Shown: one piece after another, positions 7,836 to 16,883 of the stretch
Layout: each line of letters opens with the position of its first letter
How positions within the stretch are numbered: the stretch's first letter is position 1
IMG/VR virus record: IMGVR_UViG_3300025402_000005
DNA: 35,695 nucleotides
From: an uncultured virus (IMG/VR IMGVR_UViG_3300025402_000005)
Lineage: Duplodnaviria > Heunggongvirae > Uroviricota > Caudoviricetes
Direction: 5' to 3' (one strand)
Notes under the pieces: generated by a model
Databases searched by the model: none
Seen by the model: only the letters and a program-made list of their open reading frames with translations
What the model was told of the DNA's origin: nothing
Position numbers and translations under genes: made by a program

Positions 7836-7922
7836 ACAATGACAGCACCAGCCAGCAAGCACAAGAGGACAAATCGGACAAATAGTATTTATAACAAAAC
7901 TGTTACATAACAGTTTGATAAC
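7836..7922 (-). promoter_or_regulatory. Leftward sigma70-like promoter TTGTGC-17-CATTGT with upstream ATAAC repeats
   Basis: -35 at 7859-7864, -10 at 7836-7841; ATAAC at 7891, 7907 and 7918. Confidence 0.55.
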
Positions 7923-8098
7923 GATTAGCTGAGAAGTATCTGTACTCAGGCTGAGGCCCCCCCGGGGTTAAGCCGGGAGCTCACCGGGAAGGCCGCCAGT
8001 GCTTATCCACAGGTATCACTAGGTGGGGGCGGGCAGTAGCCGAAGACGGTGCGGGACGGGGCGGAAACAGGCGGGAACAGCTAAAAACTGGCGGGGGC

Positions 8099-8129
8099 TT
8101 GACAACCATTGAAGCGAGGATGGTAGGGT
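8099..8129 (+). promoter_or_regulatory. Rightward promoter candidate TTGACA-19-(TGG)TAGGGT
   Basis: Perfect -35 and extended -10 at the strand switch; spacer is long. Confidence 0.45.
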
Positions 8130-8304
8130 CGGGGCATGAGTACAAGACTAGGAATTTGTCCAAAGTGCGGGAAAGAGATCGAGGTTAGATCAGGTTTCGC
8201 TCACATCATGGTCAACCGACATTTAAAGGAGCACAAATGATGTTTGTCTTATTCACGGCAATGGTTCTGCTAGCAATTTATGGATTAGGAAAAGGAATGA
8301 CACT

Positions 8305-9803
8305 ATGACCCAACTCACTCACGATGAAGTTATAGCGTGGATTGATAAACAGATTGAAACCCGCAAACGAATCTACGATGGAATTGTTGGCACTACTCCT
8401 GAATCGTTGCGTGAGTATCACGATGCAGGTATCGCCTCTCTCCTAGCCAACCGAGATGTGTTGGTGAGGCATGGCAGAGAGGGAATGTGCAACGAATGTT
8501 CTCTGGTCGTCTTTACCGAAAATGGGGTAGAGCGTTGTAAGACCTACCTAGACATAGCCCAACGATTAGACGAGGTGATGTAGGTGAAACTCAAAGTAGG
8601 AAAATCCATTACGGGCGATAGTTATTTCTATCGCTCAACAAATTATTGGTGCGTCATGTTGTTTGGGCGATACATCGAATTAAGAACACAACAAAGCGAG
8701 GTGGAGAAGTGAGCAAATCAGAATTGCGCCGAATGGAGATAGTTGCTCCTGAGGCTATTAAACAACTCCGCGAACAGATAGCGCGGGAGATTGAGGCAAC
8801 AGTATCTGGCAGTTGTCCGAACTTAGACTGCAACTGTTATGTAGTAGCCGCCGCTATCGCTAGGGGTGAGAAGTGAGCGAGTGGGAAGAACCTGATTTTT
8901 CAATCAGCGAAGAGTCTAAAGATGCTTGGAAGATTCTAAAGCATCATACCGAAGTCGCCTCAGACCGCATTTATGAGGAGCTGCCAGATATTATTCAGCA
9001 TGCCTTTGAAGAAGGCATTGCTTATGCCCGCGAGCAGATAGCGCGAGAGATTGAGATTTGCGAACTGTTTTAATGATGTTTGGTGTGGCAAAGACGAAAA
9101 GAATCAAGATTGCTCGTGTATTTGTCACCAATACGCCGCTATCGCTAGAGGTGAACCAAATCAAGTAACTAAAGATGCTATTGAGGAAGCGAGGAAGCGA
9201 GGAAAATGAATGACCTACGATGAATTGCTAGCGCTACTTAATGAGTACCTTGAGTATCAGAAGAATGCGGAAGAGGAGTGGGTTCCCACAGAAGCTTTGA
9301 TCGCAGTAGCTAAGGCTCATACGCCTGAAACCGATTACAACAACCGATTGGTTTGCGGGCATTGTAAAAGCCTCTGCCACTCTGAAACCGGTCTTCATTG
9401 CGATTGGGGTGGAGACGCGTTATACCCATGCTGGACTATAAAGATAATAGAGGAGTCAATAAAATGAGCCCAGAGACCAGATCCTTACTAATTACCGCCC
9501 TCCTATTCGTGGGGGTAGCTATAGCCTTAAGCTTGTGGGCATACCTATGAGGAGCCTAGAGCGGACAGTACTTGCCCTAATCGTAATAACAACTATCATT
9601 ACTATCGTGAATGCGTGGTTATTGAAATGAATTTTGAAGACTTCTATATCCGCTTTGCCTCCCTTGAAGAGCAGTTAGAGCTCATAGAGGAGCAGCTGGA
9701 AGCCCTGCGTATTGAATTTATCGACTTTAATGCTAGAGTTGCCGGTGTAGCACCAGAAAAAATTGCTGAAAAACAAAGACTTAAGAGATTGGATCTTGAA
9801 TGA
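8305..9803 (+). CDS. Cluster of small hypothetical proteins (8305-8583, 8584-8712, 8709-8876, 8873-9073/9209, 9210-9467, ~9627-9803)
   Basis: Coupled ORFs; two share REQIAREIE...AAIARG; several have Cys/His clusters. Confidence 0.7.
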
Positions 9804-9974
9804 TTTTAGATATTTATGCAACACTAATGACGATGGGCGTGATCGGATTTGCTACCTATGTCGATGTACGGCTTACACCTCTTCGTAAGCGCGTAAATGA
9901 GTTAGAGAAAGCTTTGGCGCAAAAGGAATCACCTGTTGCCCCACTAGCTGCTAAAGAGAAGAAGGAAAAGTAAT

Positions 9975-10583
9975 TTGAGCCGAATGCACTACTACCCAGA
10001 TAGCAACAGCGAAGCTGGGCAGGAGTCATTCGTTCTCAACATGCTTGATGAATTGTATGATAGGTATTACTTGGAGATCGGGGCTTTTGAGTCCAAGAAA
10101 ACAAGTAATACCTACATGCTTGAGAAAGACTTTTATTGGAAAGGTATCGCTTTAGAGATCCTTCCAGAGTGTGTACTTGAGTACAACACTAACCGCAAAA
10201 ACCCTTGTTTTCAGGCTGATGCCACAACTTTTGATTATAAGAAGTGTCTAGATGGTGCACAAGCTCCTAGGCGCATAGACTACTTACAGCTAGACATAGA
10301 ACCCGCCTCACAGACCCTAGCAGCTCTAAAGCAGGTTCCTCTCGATGATTACCGTTTCTCTGTTATTACTTTTGAGCACGATCTTTATTATGCCCCTGAG
10401 AATCGCCAGGTTAAGGCGGAGGCGATTGAAATACTTAAATCTCACGGCTATGTACTAGCGGTTGAGAATGTGAAGGTGGATGCCCCGGGTTGGCCTCTAA
10501 GAGAGTTTGAAGACTGGTGGGTAGACCCAGAGGTAGTTCCCGCTGAGAAGTATAAAGATCTTAAACTTCGCTACATGAGTTAA
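9975..10583 (+). CDS. FkbM-family SAM-dependent methyltransferase
   Basis: YLEIGA...SNTY-x-LE...WKG, IDYLQLDIE, ITFEHD and FEDWWV motifs. Confidence 0.85.
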   Translation: MSRMHYYPDSNSEAGQESFVLNMLDELYDRYYLEIGAFESKKTSNTYMLEKDFYWKGIALEILPECVLEYNTNRKNPCFQADATTFDYKKCLDGAQAPRRIDYLQLDIEPASQTLAALKQVPLDDYRFSVITFEHDLYYAPENRQVKAEAIEILKSHGYVLAVENVKVDAPGWPLREFEDWWVDPEVVPAEKYKDLKLRYMS

Positions 10584-10620
10584 GCCCGCGCTAAAGTAAT
10601 TAAAGCGTCATACTTCCCGT

Positions 10621-10848
10621 ATGCAGTACGTTACATGGCTATGGGATCAAATGGATATCCCCGGACCTCTAGGAAGGTTCGCTAAACTCTGCTGGGACGA
10701 CGTTAATAATGGCTGTGCTCTACCCACTTTTAGCGCAAAAACTTGGCTAAACCACTTTGAGACAAAACACCCTGAGTCTAGGGATATCCTAAGTACAGCT
10801 TTAATTAAGTCTTACAAAGAGTACATCAGTTCTCCTGAGCATAAATAA
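10621..10848 (+). CDS. Small protein, possibly YozE SAM-like
   Basis: WL-x-xQ...G-x-FA...DD pattern; -10-like element just before ATG suggests a leaderless mRNA. Confidence 0.5.
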   Translation: MQYVTWLWDQMDIPGPLGRFAKLCWDDVNNGCALPTFSAKTWLNHFETKHPESRDILSTALIKSYKEYISSPEHK

Positions 10849-10862
10849 AGGATAATAGTTCT

Positions 10863-11741
10863 ATGGCTAAAGACCCTAATAAGATCGCATCTTCCGCGGA
10901 TAAACCTATTGTGGAGACTGTTACAGAGCACACCGCTAGAAAACCTATGGGCGGTAGCACGGCACAATGGCGCCAATGGGCAAAAGAAAAGCCAAACCGT
11001 GCAGCTAATGCTAAAGCAACAATTAAAGAGATGAATGAGTCAGAGGAAGCGGAAGAGACTATTCCGAATACTATGACCAAGACCAACTCTAAAGCTCGTA
11101 AAGAAGTTGTTAAGAAGTGGCAGTCTAAGCGCCCAGAGTCAGGTGCACATAAAGCTAAGAGTAAAGAAGAAGCTGAGGCACGGCGCAATAACATGATTGC
11201 GTGGGCGCAAGCAAACCCTAACCGCAGATCTAACGCTAATCGCGCAGCTAAGGGTAAATAATGTTAGACCCAGCACTAGGAAACCCAAAAGCTTATCGAG
11301 CTTTAGGCAAAGAGACCCCGGGCACTAAGACCGGTAAGGCTCCACTTAAAGAGAAGCGCAGTCGTGTAAATGAGTTCAGACAGATTGATAACGGTCAGTT
11401 CTCAGGTCCACGCCCAAGTTATGGTCGTTACCAAGTATCAGAACAAGCTGCGGATATACTTAACCGTTCTCTCCGCTCTATGAATAAGGAGTACTAAGAT
11501 GGCATTTCTAGCACCATTAGCAGAAGTAGCTATGGCAGGTGGAGAAGCAGCTGGCGCAGGAGCCGCAGCGGCTGGCGGAGAAGCTGCAGCATCTGAAGGC
11601 GCAAGCATGGGTGAAACCATGGGACGTGCTGCCGAATTTCAAAATGGGCAGAAGGATCAAAGCAATAACCAACCTAGACAACAAAAAGGTGTCGATTTAA
11701 CTATCGGTAGCCTCTTTGGTAATAACAAGACAGGTTGGTAA
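10863..11741 (+). CDS. Three small basic or low-complexity proteins (10863-11261, 11261-11497, 11499-11741)
   Basis: Coupled ORFs with Lys/Arg-rich or Ala/Gly-rich composition. Confidence 0.75.
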
Positions 11742-11743
11742 AA

Positions 11744-12013
11744 ATGGCTAAGTCACCAGCATGGACTCGCAAAGAAGGGCAGAACCCAGAGGGCGGATTG
11801 AACGCCAAGGGTCGCGCCTCCGCTAAGCGTGAAGGTCATAATCTTAAAGCTCCTGTATCTAAAGAGAAGGCTTCTAAGTCTCCTAAGTCTGCGGCTCGTC
11901 GTAAGTCTTTCTGCGCTCGCATGGAAGGCATGAAGAAAGAGAACACCTCTTCTAAGACAGCTAAAGATCCAAACAGCCGTATTAACAAGTCATTAAGAAA
12001 GTGGGACTGCTAA
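11744..12013 (+). CDS. Basic phage protein, DUF6321-like
   Basis: AWTRKEGQNPEGGLN-x-KGRAS...RRKSFCARM...DPNSRINKSLRKWDC. Confidence 0.75.
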   Translation: MAKSPAWTRKEGQNPEGGLNAKGRASAKREGHNLKAPVSKEKASKSPKSAARRKSFCARMEGMKKENTSSKTAKDPNSRINKSLRKWDC

Positions 12014-12108
12014 TGGCATCTCCATGCTGGGCTAACTACCGACAGTACGGTATGAAAATGAAAGACGGTAAGCAAGTCCCTAACTGTGTACCAGAAAATA
12101 AAAAGTAA
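12013..12108 (+). CDS. 31-aa protein with CW-x-x-Y...K-x-GK-x-VPNCVP motif
   Basis: TAATG coupling; motif common in phage small proteins. Confidence 0.75.
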   Translation: MASPCWANYRQYGMKMKDGKQVPNCVPENKK

Positions 12109-12135
12109 TGGCTGAGACAAAGAAGAAAAAGAAAA

Positions 12136-12351
12136 ATGGCTAAAGGGCATAAACTTTACACTGAGCGAGTTAATGGTGGAGTCATTGCCGAATGCCGTGG
12201 AGACAACTGTGATTGGTCTGGAAAATATAAATATCAAAAGTTTGATAAATCAACTCGTACGTCTGTTACCGCAGAAGACTCAGTTTTTCCAAACCGTCAA
12301 CTAGCAGTAAATGCTCACACAGAGCACCATAAGGAGACTAATAATGGCTGA
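12136..12351 (+). CDS. Hypothetical Cys/His protein flanked by a 20-bp direct repeat
   Basis: C-x4-C...H-x3-H; TAATGGCTGAGACAAAGAAG at 12106 and 12342. Confidence 0.65.
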   Translation: MAKGHKLYTERVNGGVIAECRGDNCDWSGKYKYQKFDKSTRTSVTAEDSVFPNRQLAVNAHTEHHKETNNG

Positions 12352-12880
12352 GACAAAGAAGTGCACTAAATGCCAGGTTGTTCTTCCTGTAGAGTCTTTT
12401 TATAGTAAAACAACAAAAGCTGGAACTGCCACTATTGTTAGCCGTTGTAAGCCGTGCACATTAGAAGAAGCTAAAGAGAAGTATGCTAACAACCCAACAC
12501 CTTTGTCAGAAGACGAGCTGGCACGTAGCCGCTCCTACCACGCAGCTAATAAAGATGCTAGAAACGCTCGTGCTAGAGAAGTGCGCGCTGCTGACCCTGA
12601 CCGTGAGCGTAATCGCAAGTTAATCCAGCGCTTTGGTATCACATTAGACGAGTACAACACTATGCACGACGCCCAAAACGGATTGTGCAAAATATGCGGT
12701 AATCCAGAAGAATTAGACCGCAGACTTGCTGTAGACCATAACCATGAGACTGGAAAAGTTCGTGGGCTTTTATGCTTTAAGTGCAATGTTATCCTTGGTC
12801 ACATAGAGTCTACAGGCATTGCTATGATTGCTAAAGTATTAGATTATTTAGATGAGGAGCTTTTAAATGGCGGAAAGTAA
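12344..12880 (+). CDS. Endonuclease VII-domain (His-Me finger) putative homing endonuclease
   Basis: KKCTKC...CKPC N-terminus; Q-x-G-x-C-x-IC...LAVDHNHETGKVRGLLC-xx-CN. Confidence 0.9.
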   Translation: MAETKKCTKCQVVLPVESFYSKTTKAGTATIVSRCKPCTLEEAKEKYANNPTPLSEDELARSRSYHAANKDARNARAREVRAADPDRERNRKLIQRFGITLDEYNTMHDAQNGLCKICGNPEELDRRLAVDHNHETGKVRGLLCFKCNVILGHIESTGIAMIAKVLDYLDEELLNGGK

Positions 12881-13160
12881 ACGCTTTGGGCCATACAAAG
12901 GGTCTGATGCTAATGGCGGACGCCCTATCTACGTCTACAAGAAAAAAGTAGACGGAAAGTGGGTAACCACTTCCAAGAATAAGGCTCGGGCTGATTATGA
13001 ATCCAAGACGGGTAAAAAGCTATCCAAGAATGTGGATGTTGACCACAAGGATAATAATCACAATAACGACAAATCGGGCAATCTCCGCGCTCTACCGCAT
13101 GGCAAGAATACTGCTAAAGAGAACAAGCGTCGCGCAGGTAAGAAAGAGAACGAGAAGTAA
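12867..13160 (+). CDS. Small basic HNH-like protein
   Basis: VDVDHKDNN-xx-N...NL...N. Confidence 0.7.
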   Translation: MAESKRFGPYKGSDANGGRPIYVYKKKVDGKWVTTSKNKARADYESKTGKKLSKNVDVDHKDNNHNNDKSGNLRALPHGKNTAKENKRRAGKKENEK

Positions 13161-13388
13161 TGGATGAGAAGTGGAGCTGCGATCTGTGCGGGCATGAACG
13201 GGATACACTTGTCTGCATAGAGCCTAAATGTCACTGTTTTTGCGGAATGAAAAGGGAGAAAGACCATGAATAAGAGCGAAGAGCAATTCCCACAGGCTGA
13301 CTCCCATAAGGGTGTTCCTTCTATTAGAGAGATTTGGGGACTCAAGGGAGTTCCTGATCTCAAAGAAATGCTAGACGCCGACAAGTAA
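13160..13388 (+). CDS. Two small ORFs (13160-13273 Cys-rich; 13266-13388)
   Basis: Coupled starts with SD sequences. Confidence 0.55.
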
Positions 13389-13435
13389 CGGCGCGGCGTA
13401 TTTGATTTACGCCCAAAGGCTGCTACTATCAGCCT

Positions 13436-13924
13436 ATGAAGAAAATGACGGGCGTTAGCCTATTTGCTGGGAGAGGTCCTGGCGGCAAAACTGCGCCATC
13501 TCTATCTTCATTGATAGACGCAACAGGGGTTTGCTGGGAATGGAATGGAAGAGTAGAAAATAATGGTTACGGTCGTTTTCATATAGGCAATGTAAAGTTT
13601 TTGGCTCACAGAGCCGTCTATGAAATACTTGTTGGGGGTATACCCCAAAATATGGTGTTAGACCACTTATGCAAAAATAGAAGATGCGTAAACCCAGACC
13701 ATTTGTCTGTAACCACTCAAGAAGAAAATAATAGAAGAAGTGGTTCAATAACGTCTAAAAATATAGTAAAAACATCATGCCCTTCTGGACATCCCTACGA
13801 CAAAACTAATACTAAAGTTTGGGTGCGCCCAAATGGTAGAAAAATGCGGTATTGTGCCCAATGCCGTAGAGACCAATACTACAAGCACAAAACTGTGCAC
13901 AAGGAGGTGGTGCCCAATGTCTAG
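13436..13924 (+). CDS. HNH homing endonuclease fused to 12 codons of a C5-MTase N-terminus
   Basis: CWEW-x-G...GYG...AHR-xx-YE...LDHLC-x-NRRCVNPDHL...N; CPSGH...C-xx-C; starts MKKMTGVSLFAG; AT-rich relative to flanks. Confidence 0.9.
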   Translation: MKKMTGVSLFAGRGPGGKTAPSLSSLIDATGVCWEWNGRVENNGYGRFHIGNVKFLAHRAVYEILVGGIPQNMVLDHLCKNRRCVNPDHLSVTTQEENNRRSGSITSKNIVKTSCPSGHPYDKTNTKVWVRPNGRKMRYCAQCRRDQYYKHKTVHKEVVPNV

Positions 13925-15431
13925 TAAGCAATTAACAGGAGTTAGTTTGTTTGCTGGTATATAGGCGGGTTTGACCTTGCCATGGAGCGAAACAATATCG
14001 ATGTTGTAGCTTCCGTAGAAATCGATAAAAAAGCCAGCGGTATTATCGCTCGGCATTTTCCTAATTCCACATTATTCGGAGATGTTACGGAGGTAACAGG
14101 TGAGCAACTCATTGCAGCTGGATTCGACCCAAGAAACGGAATCATTACCGGAGGATTTCCCTGTCAAGACTTATCCGTGGCTGGAAAACGCGCTGGTCTT
14201 GCTGGCAAACGCAGTGGGCTGTTCTGGGAGATTGCCCGACTTATTCAAGAAACAGAAACGGAATGGTTCATCCTCGAAAACGTCCCTGGTTTACTCTCAT
14301 CAAATAAAGGGAGAGACATGGGAGTTGTTATCGGAACGTTGGCCGAACTCGGGTATGGCATCTCATGGCGTGTGCTTGATGCTCAATACTTCGGAGTACC
14401 CCAACGACGGAGGCGTGTCTTCATCATTGGCAGACGTAATTCAGATGGAGCCACTGCCGCAAAAGTATTATTTGAGCAAGAGAGCTTGCGAGGGGATCTT
14501 ACGGAGGGCAGAAAGAAGGGGAAAGACTCTTCCAGAGCCTCTGAAGAGAGCACTATTGCGCGTATGCGAGGATTCGGAGACTACGAACTAGATGACACAA
14601 CATCTACTTTAAAGTCACGCGATTGGAAAGACGCTACGGATATTGTCTACAACTGAGTCCTTCTTTGTTAAAAGTCGCAGAGCGCATACTAAAGATGACT
14701 ATGAAACATGGGTGGAAAGTAATGTTACTCCCACCCTCAATGGTTTTGATAACAGCGATGAGGGTAGGAGCACAGCTTTGATCATTTTCCATCCGCACCG
14801 ACATGATGGTGTTCGTGTTCAAGGAGAAACGGTTAACACATTAACCGCATTTATGGGAACAGGCGGTTTAAATACTCCAATGGTATTGTTAAACGAAAAT
14901 GAAATTGTTGGAACGCTTCAAGCCCGGGATTACAAGGGAGTGGGTAATCAATACGTGGACGAGAATAAAATTGTGATAACTGGTATTCAAAATACAGTAG
15001 TTGGTAGATCAGACACAGCAGGTCCACAAGGAAAAGGTCACACAGATGAAGGAGACCCCATGTTTACTGTTGATACGACTTCCCCACACGCTGTCGCTAT
15101 AACACCCATTCATGACACAGCTACCAGATCTGTTGGTAAGCGCAAGCACGCAGATGGTACTTATTCTTACGATGGTAAAGGGAACGGGCTTGGCATTGGA
15201 GAAGACGGAGACCCTATGAATACTCTTACAGGCGGAGACCGTCATGCTTTAAGCTATGCCTCCACAGTACGTAGACTTACCCCGCTAGAGACTGAGCGTT
15301 TACAGGGATTTCCCGATAATTGGACAGACAATCAAGCGGATTCGTCTCGCTATAAGCAGACTGGAAATGCGGTGGCAGTACCAGTAGTGGATTGGATTTT
15401 AGGGCGCCTTGTCTCTGAACACATGGGATGA
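13917..15431 (+). CDS. DNA cytosine-5 methyltransferase split by two frame changes (possible pseudogene or multi-subunit enzyme)
   Basis: Motif I SLFAG|IGG broken at 13959; GGFPCQD, ENV and QRRRRVF in 13961-14656; motifs IX/X (RRLTP-x-E-x-ERLQGFP, GNAV) in 14643-15431. Confidence 0.85.
14100..14591 (+). CDS. Overlapping +1-frame ORF resembling the M.EcoHK31I beta polypeptide
   Basis: GGAGGT SD at 14089-14094; RWPNSGM...L-x-DV...YYLS-x-RAC-x-GILRRAERRGK-x-LPEPL. Confidence 0.7.
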   Translation: MSNSLQLDSTQETESLPEDFPVKTYPWLENALVLLANAVGCSGRLPDLFKKQKRNGSSSKTSLVYSHQIKGETWELLSERWPNSGMASHGVCLMLNTSEYPNDGGVSSSLADVIQMEPLPQKYYLSKRACEGILRRAERRGKTLPEPLKRALLRVCEDSETTN

Positions 15432-15438
15432 TTAACCC

Positions 15439-15702
15439 ATGTACCAAAAGAAACATAAGCAGTTTCCAAACATTAAGGTACACGACGCCCTCAATCTAGG
15501 CATTGCCCCTTCTTACATGAATATTTCAGGCTCTGGCGTTGTTGACTCTGATGACCGCACATCCACATCTCAAACTCCCGCAGAAAGCCTTGCAGCTCTC
15601 ACTGGCACAGATATGTCAGAGGAAGCTTCAGAGAACAATAGCGGAGCTGGATCAGCCGCTGGAGCGGGAATTACAGGCGCAGGAGGAAGTGGAGTAGCAT
15701 GA
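15439..15702 (+). CDS. Hypothetical Ser/Gly/Ala-rich protein
   Basis: ORF coupled to the next gene. Confidence 0.65.
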   Translation: MYQKKHKQFPNIKVHDALNLGIAPSYMNISGSGVVDSDDRTSTSQTPAESLAALTGTDMSEEASENNSGAGSAAGAGITGAGGSGVA

Positions 15703-15896
15703 CAACTGTAATAGAGCGTGAACTTACCTTACAAGACCGCTGTGATGCTTGTGGATCTGCGGCTAAAGTCGTTGCTACCTTTAATAACGGAGAGCTTTTG
15801 TTCTGCGGGCATCATGCTCGTAAATCGGCAGATAAGTTGGCCGCCTCAGCTGTTGAGGTATATGACCCTGAAGGGGAAATCAACCTACTTAGTTAA
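15699..15896 (+). CDS. Actinobacterial zinc-binding protein (DUF7455-like)
   Basis: L-xx-xDRCD-x-C-x-xAA...L-x-FCGHH. Confidence 0.75.
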   Translation: MTTVIERELTLQDRCDACGSAAKVVATFNNGELLFCGHHARKSADKLAASAVEVYDPEGEINLLS

Positions 15897-16004
15897 GGAG
15901 CAAAGTGGCATCGTTCGATCGATTCCAGTGCCAGATATGCGAAAAAATCTATGTAGTGGCTTCTTTAGCCCGTTATTGTGAGCAAAAACATCTAGACTCA
16001 GAGA

Positions 16005-16838
16005 ATGGCTAATTCATTCTCTGTCGGCAACGCTGAAAACATTGCTAAGGCTGTTAACACTAAGGCTCCCGCTTTTGCAAAGTCTAAGACTAAAGCAACT
16101 AAAAAGACCACTAAAACGTCAGAGCCAATACATGTTGAATCAGAGCGTTTAGACAAAGACCCTACTTCTTCGCAAGATAGTAAAAGCCCTAAGGCAGAAC
16201 CTCTTTGGGTAGAGTCTGAAAGACTAGACGACACAACCCCTAAAGCAGTAAGTGCCCCTAATAAAGCTTTACCATCCCCTGCCGCACCTGAGAACCCCCA
16301 CAAGGGTAAGCAGTTCCGCGGTAGCACTGGACGCCTAGCAGGTAATCGTCTTTCTTGGAATGACATGAAGACTGGAAAGTACTCTGGAGCTATTGCCAAG
16401 GGCGGGGACATCAATAAGCGAGCAGGCATTAAAGTAGGTAGTCGCCCAAGTAGCCTAGCTCAGACAGACCCTAACTACAGAAACCAGCTTCTTGCCGATC
16501 TACAGAAAGAAGCCTCTAAGCATGGCGAATAAGCCACGCAACATTGGCACAGGTGGTCGTAGTGAGACTGAAGTAGCTCAAAGAGCCAGCGATAAGTTGC
16601 GGTCTAGAAAAGATAGAGACGCCCTAACCCGGGCTTCTGGAGATATTAAGGTCACTGATACTCAGGCTCGTCAATGGAATCGATGGTCAGTATGAGCAGA
16701 GATAAAGAGTTTAAGGACGCCACTATCGTGGACTCCCGTTTTGGTAAGCGCCACATAGTGCTCAACACAAACGAAAAGCCAAGCATTGCTGTGTATGGTA
16801 CTCCCGGAAAAGGACCTAACGGAGAGCACCAAAACTAA
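16005..16838 (+). CDS. Three basic hypothetical proteins (16005-16532 with duplicated VESERLD, 16522-16695, 16692-16838)
   Basis: Coupled ORFs. Confidence 0.7.
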
Positions 16839-16883
16839 GAAGTTAAGCAGTAAAATTTAAAGGTCTCCTATGAAAGGGAAAAC

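Noticed and set aside
1685..7842. Plus-strand ORFs in the early region (1685, 2294, 3487, 3830, 4979, 5395, 6026, 7648)
   Set aside because: They are antisense shadows of coupled minus-strand genes or cross spacer motifs, with no convincing SD or recognisable motifs.
7981..8163. 60-aa Pro-rich minus-strand ORF at the divergence point
   Set aside because: Low-complexity translation of a GC-rich regulatory stretch with no clear SD.
13472..13960. Group I intron or intein around the HNH
   Set aside because: The HNH ORF fills almost the whole interval, leaving no room for a ribozyme core. In-frame stops and missing Cys/His-Asn ends exclude an intein.
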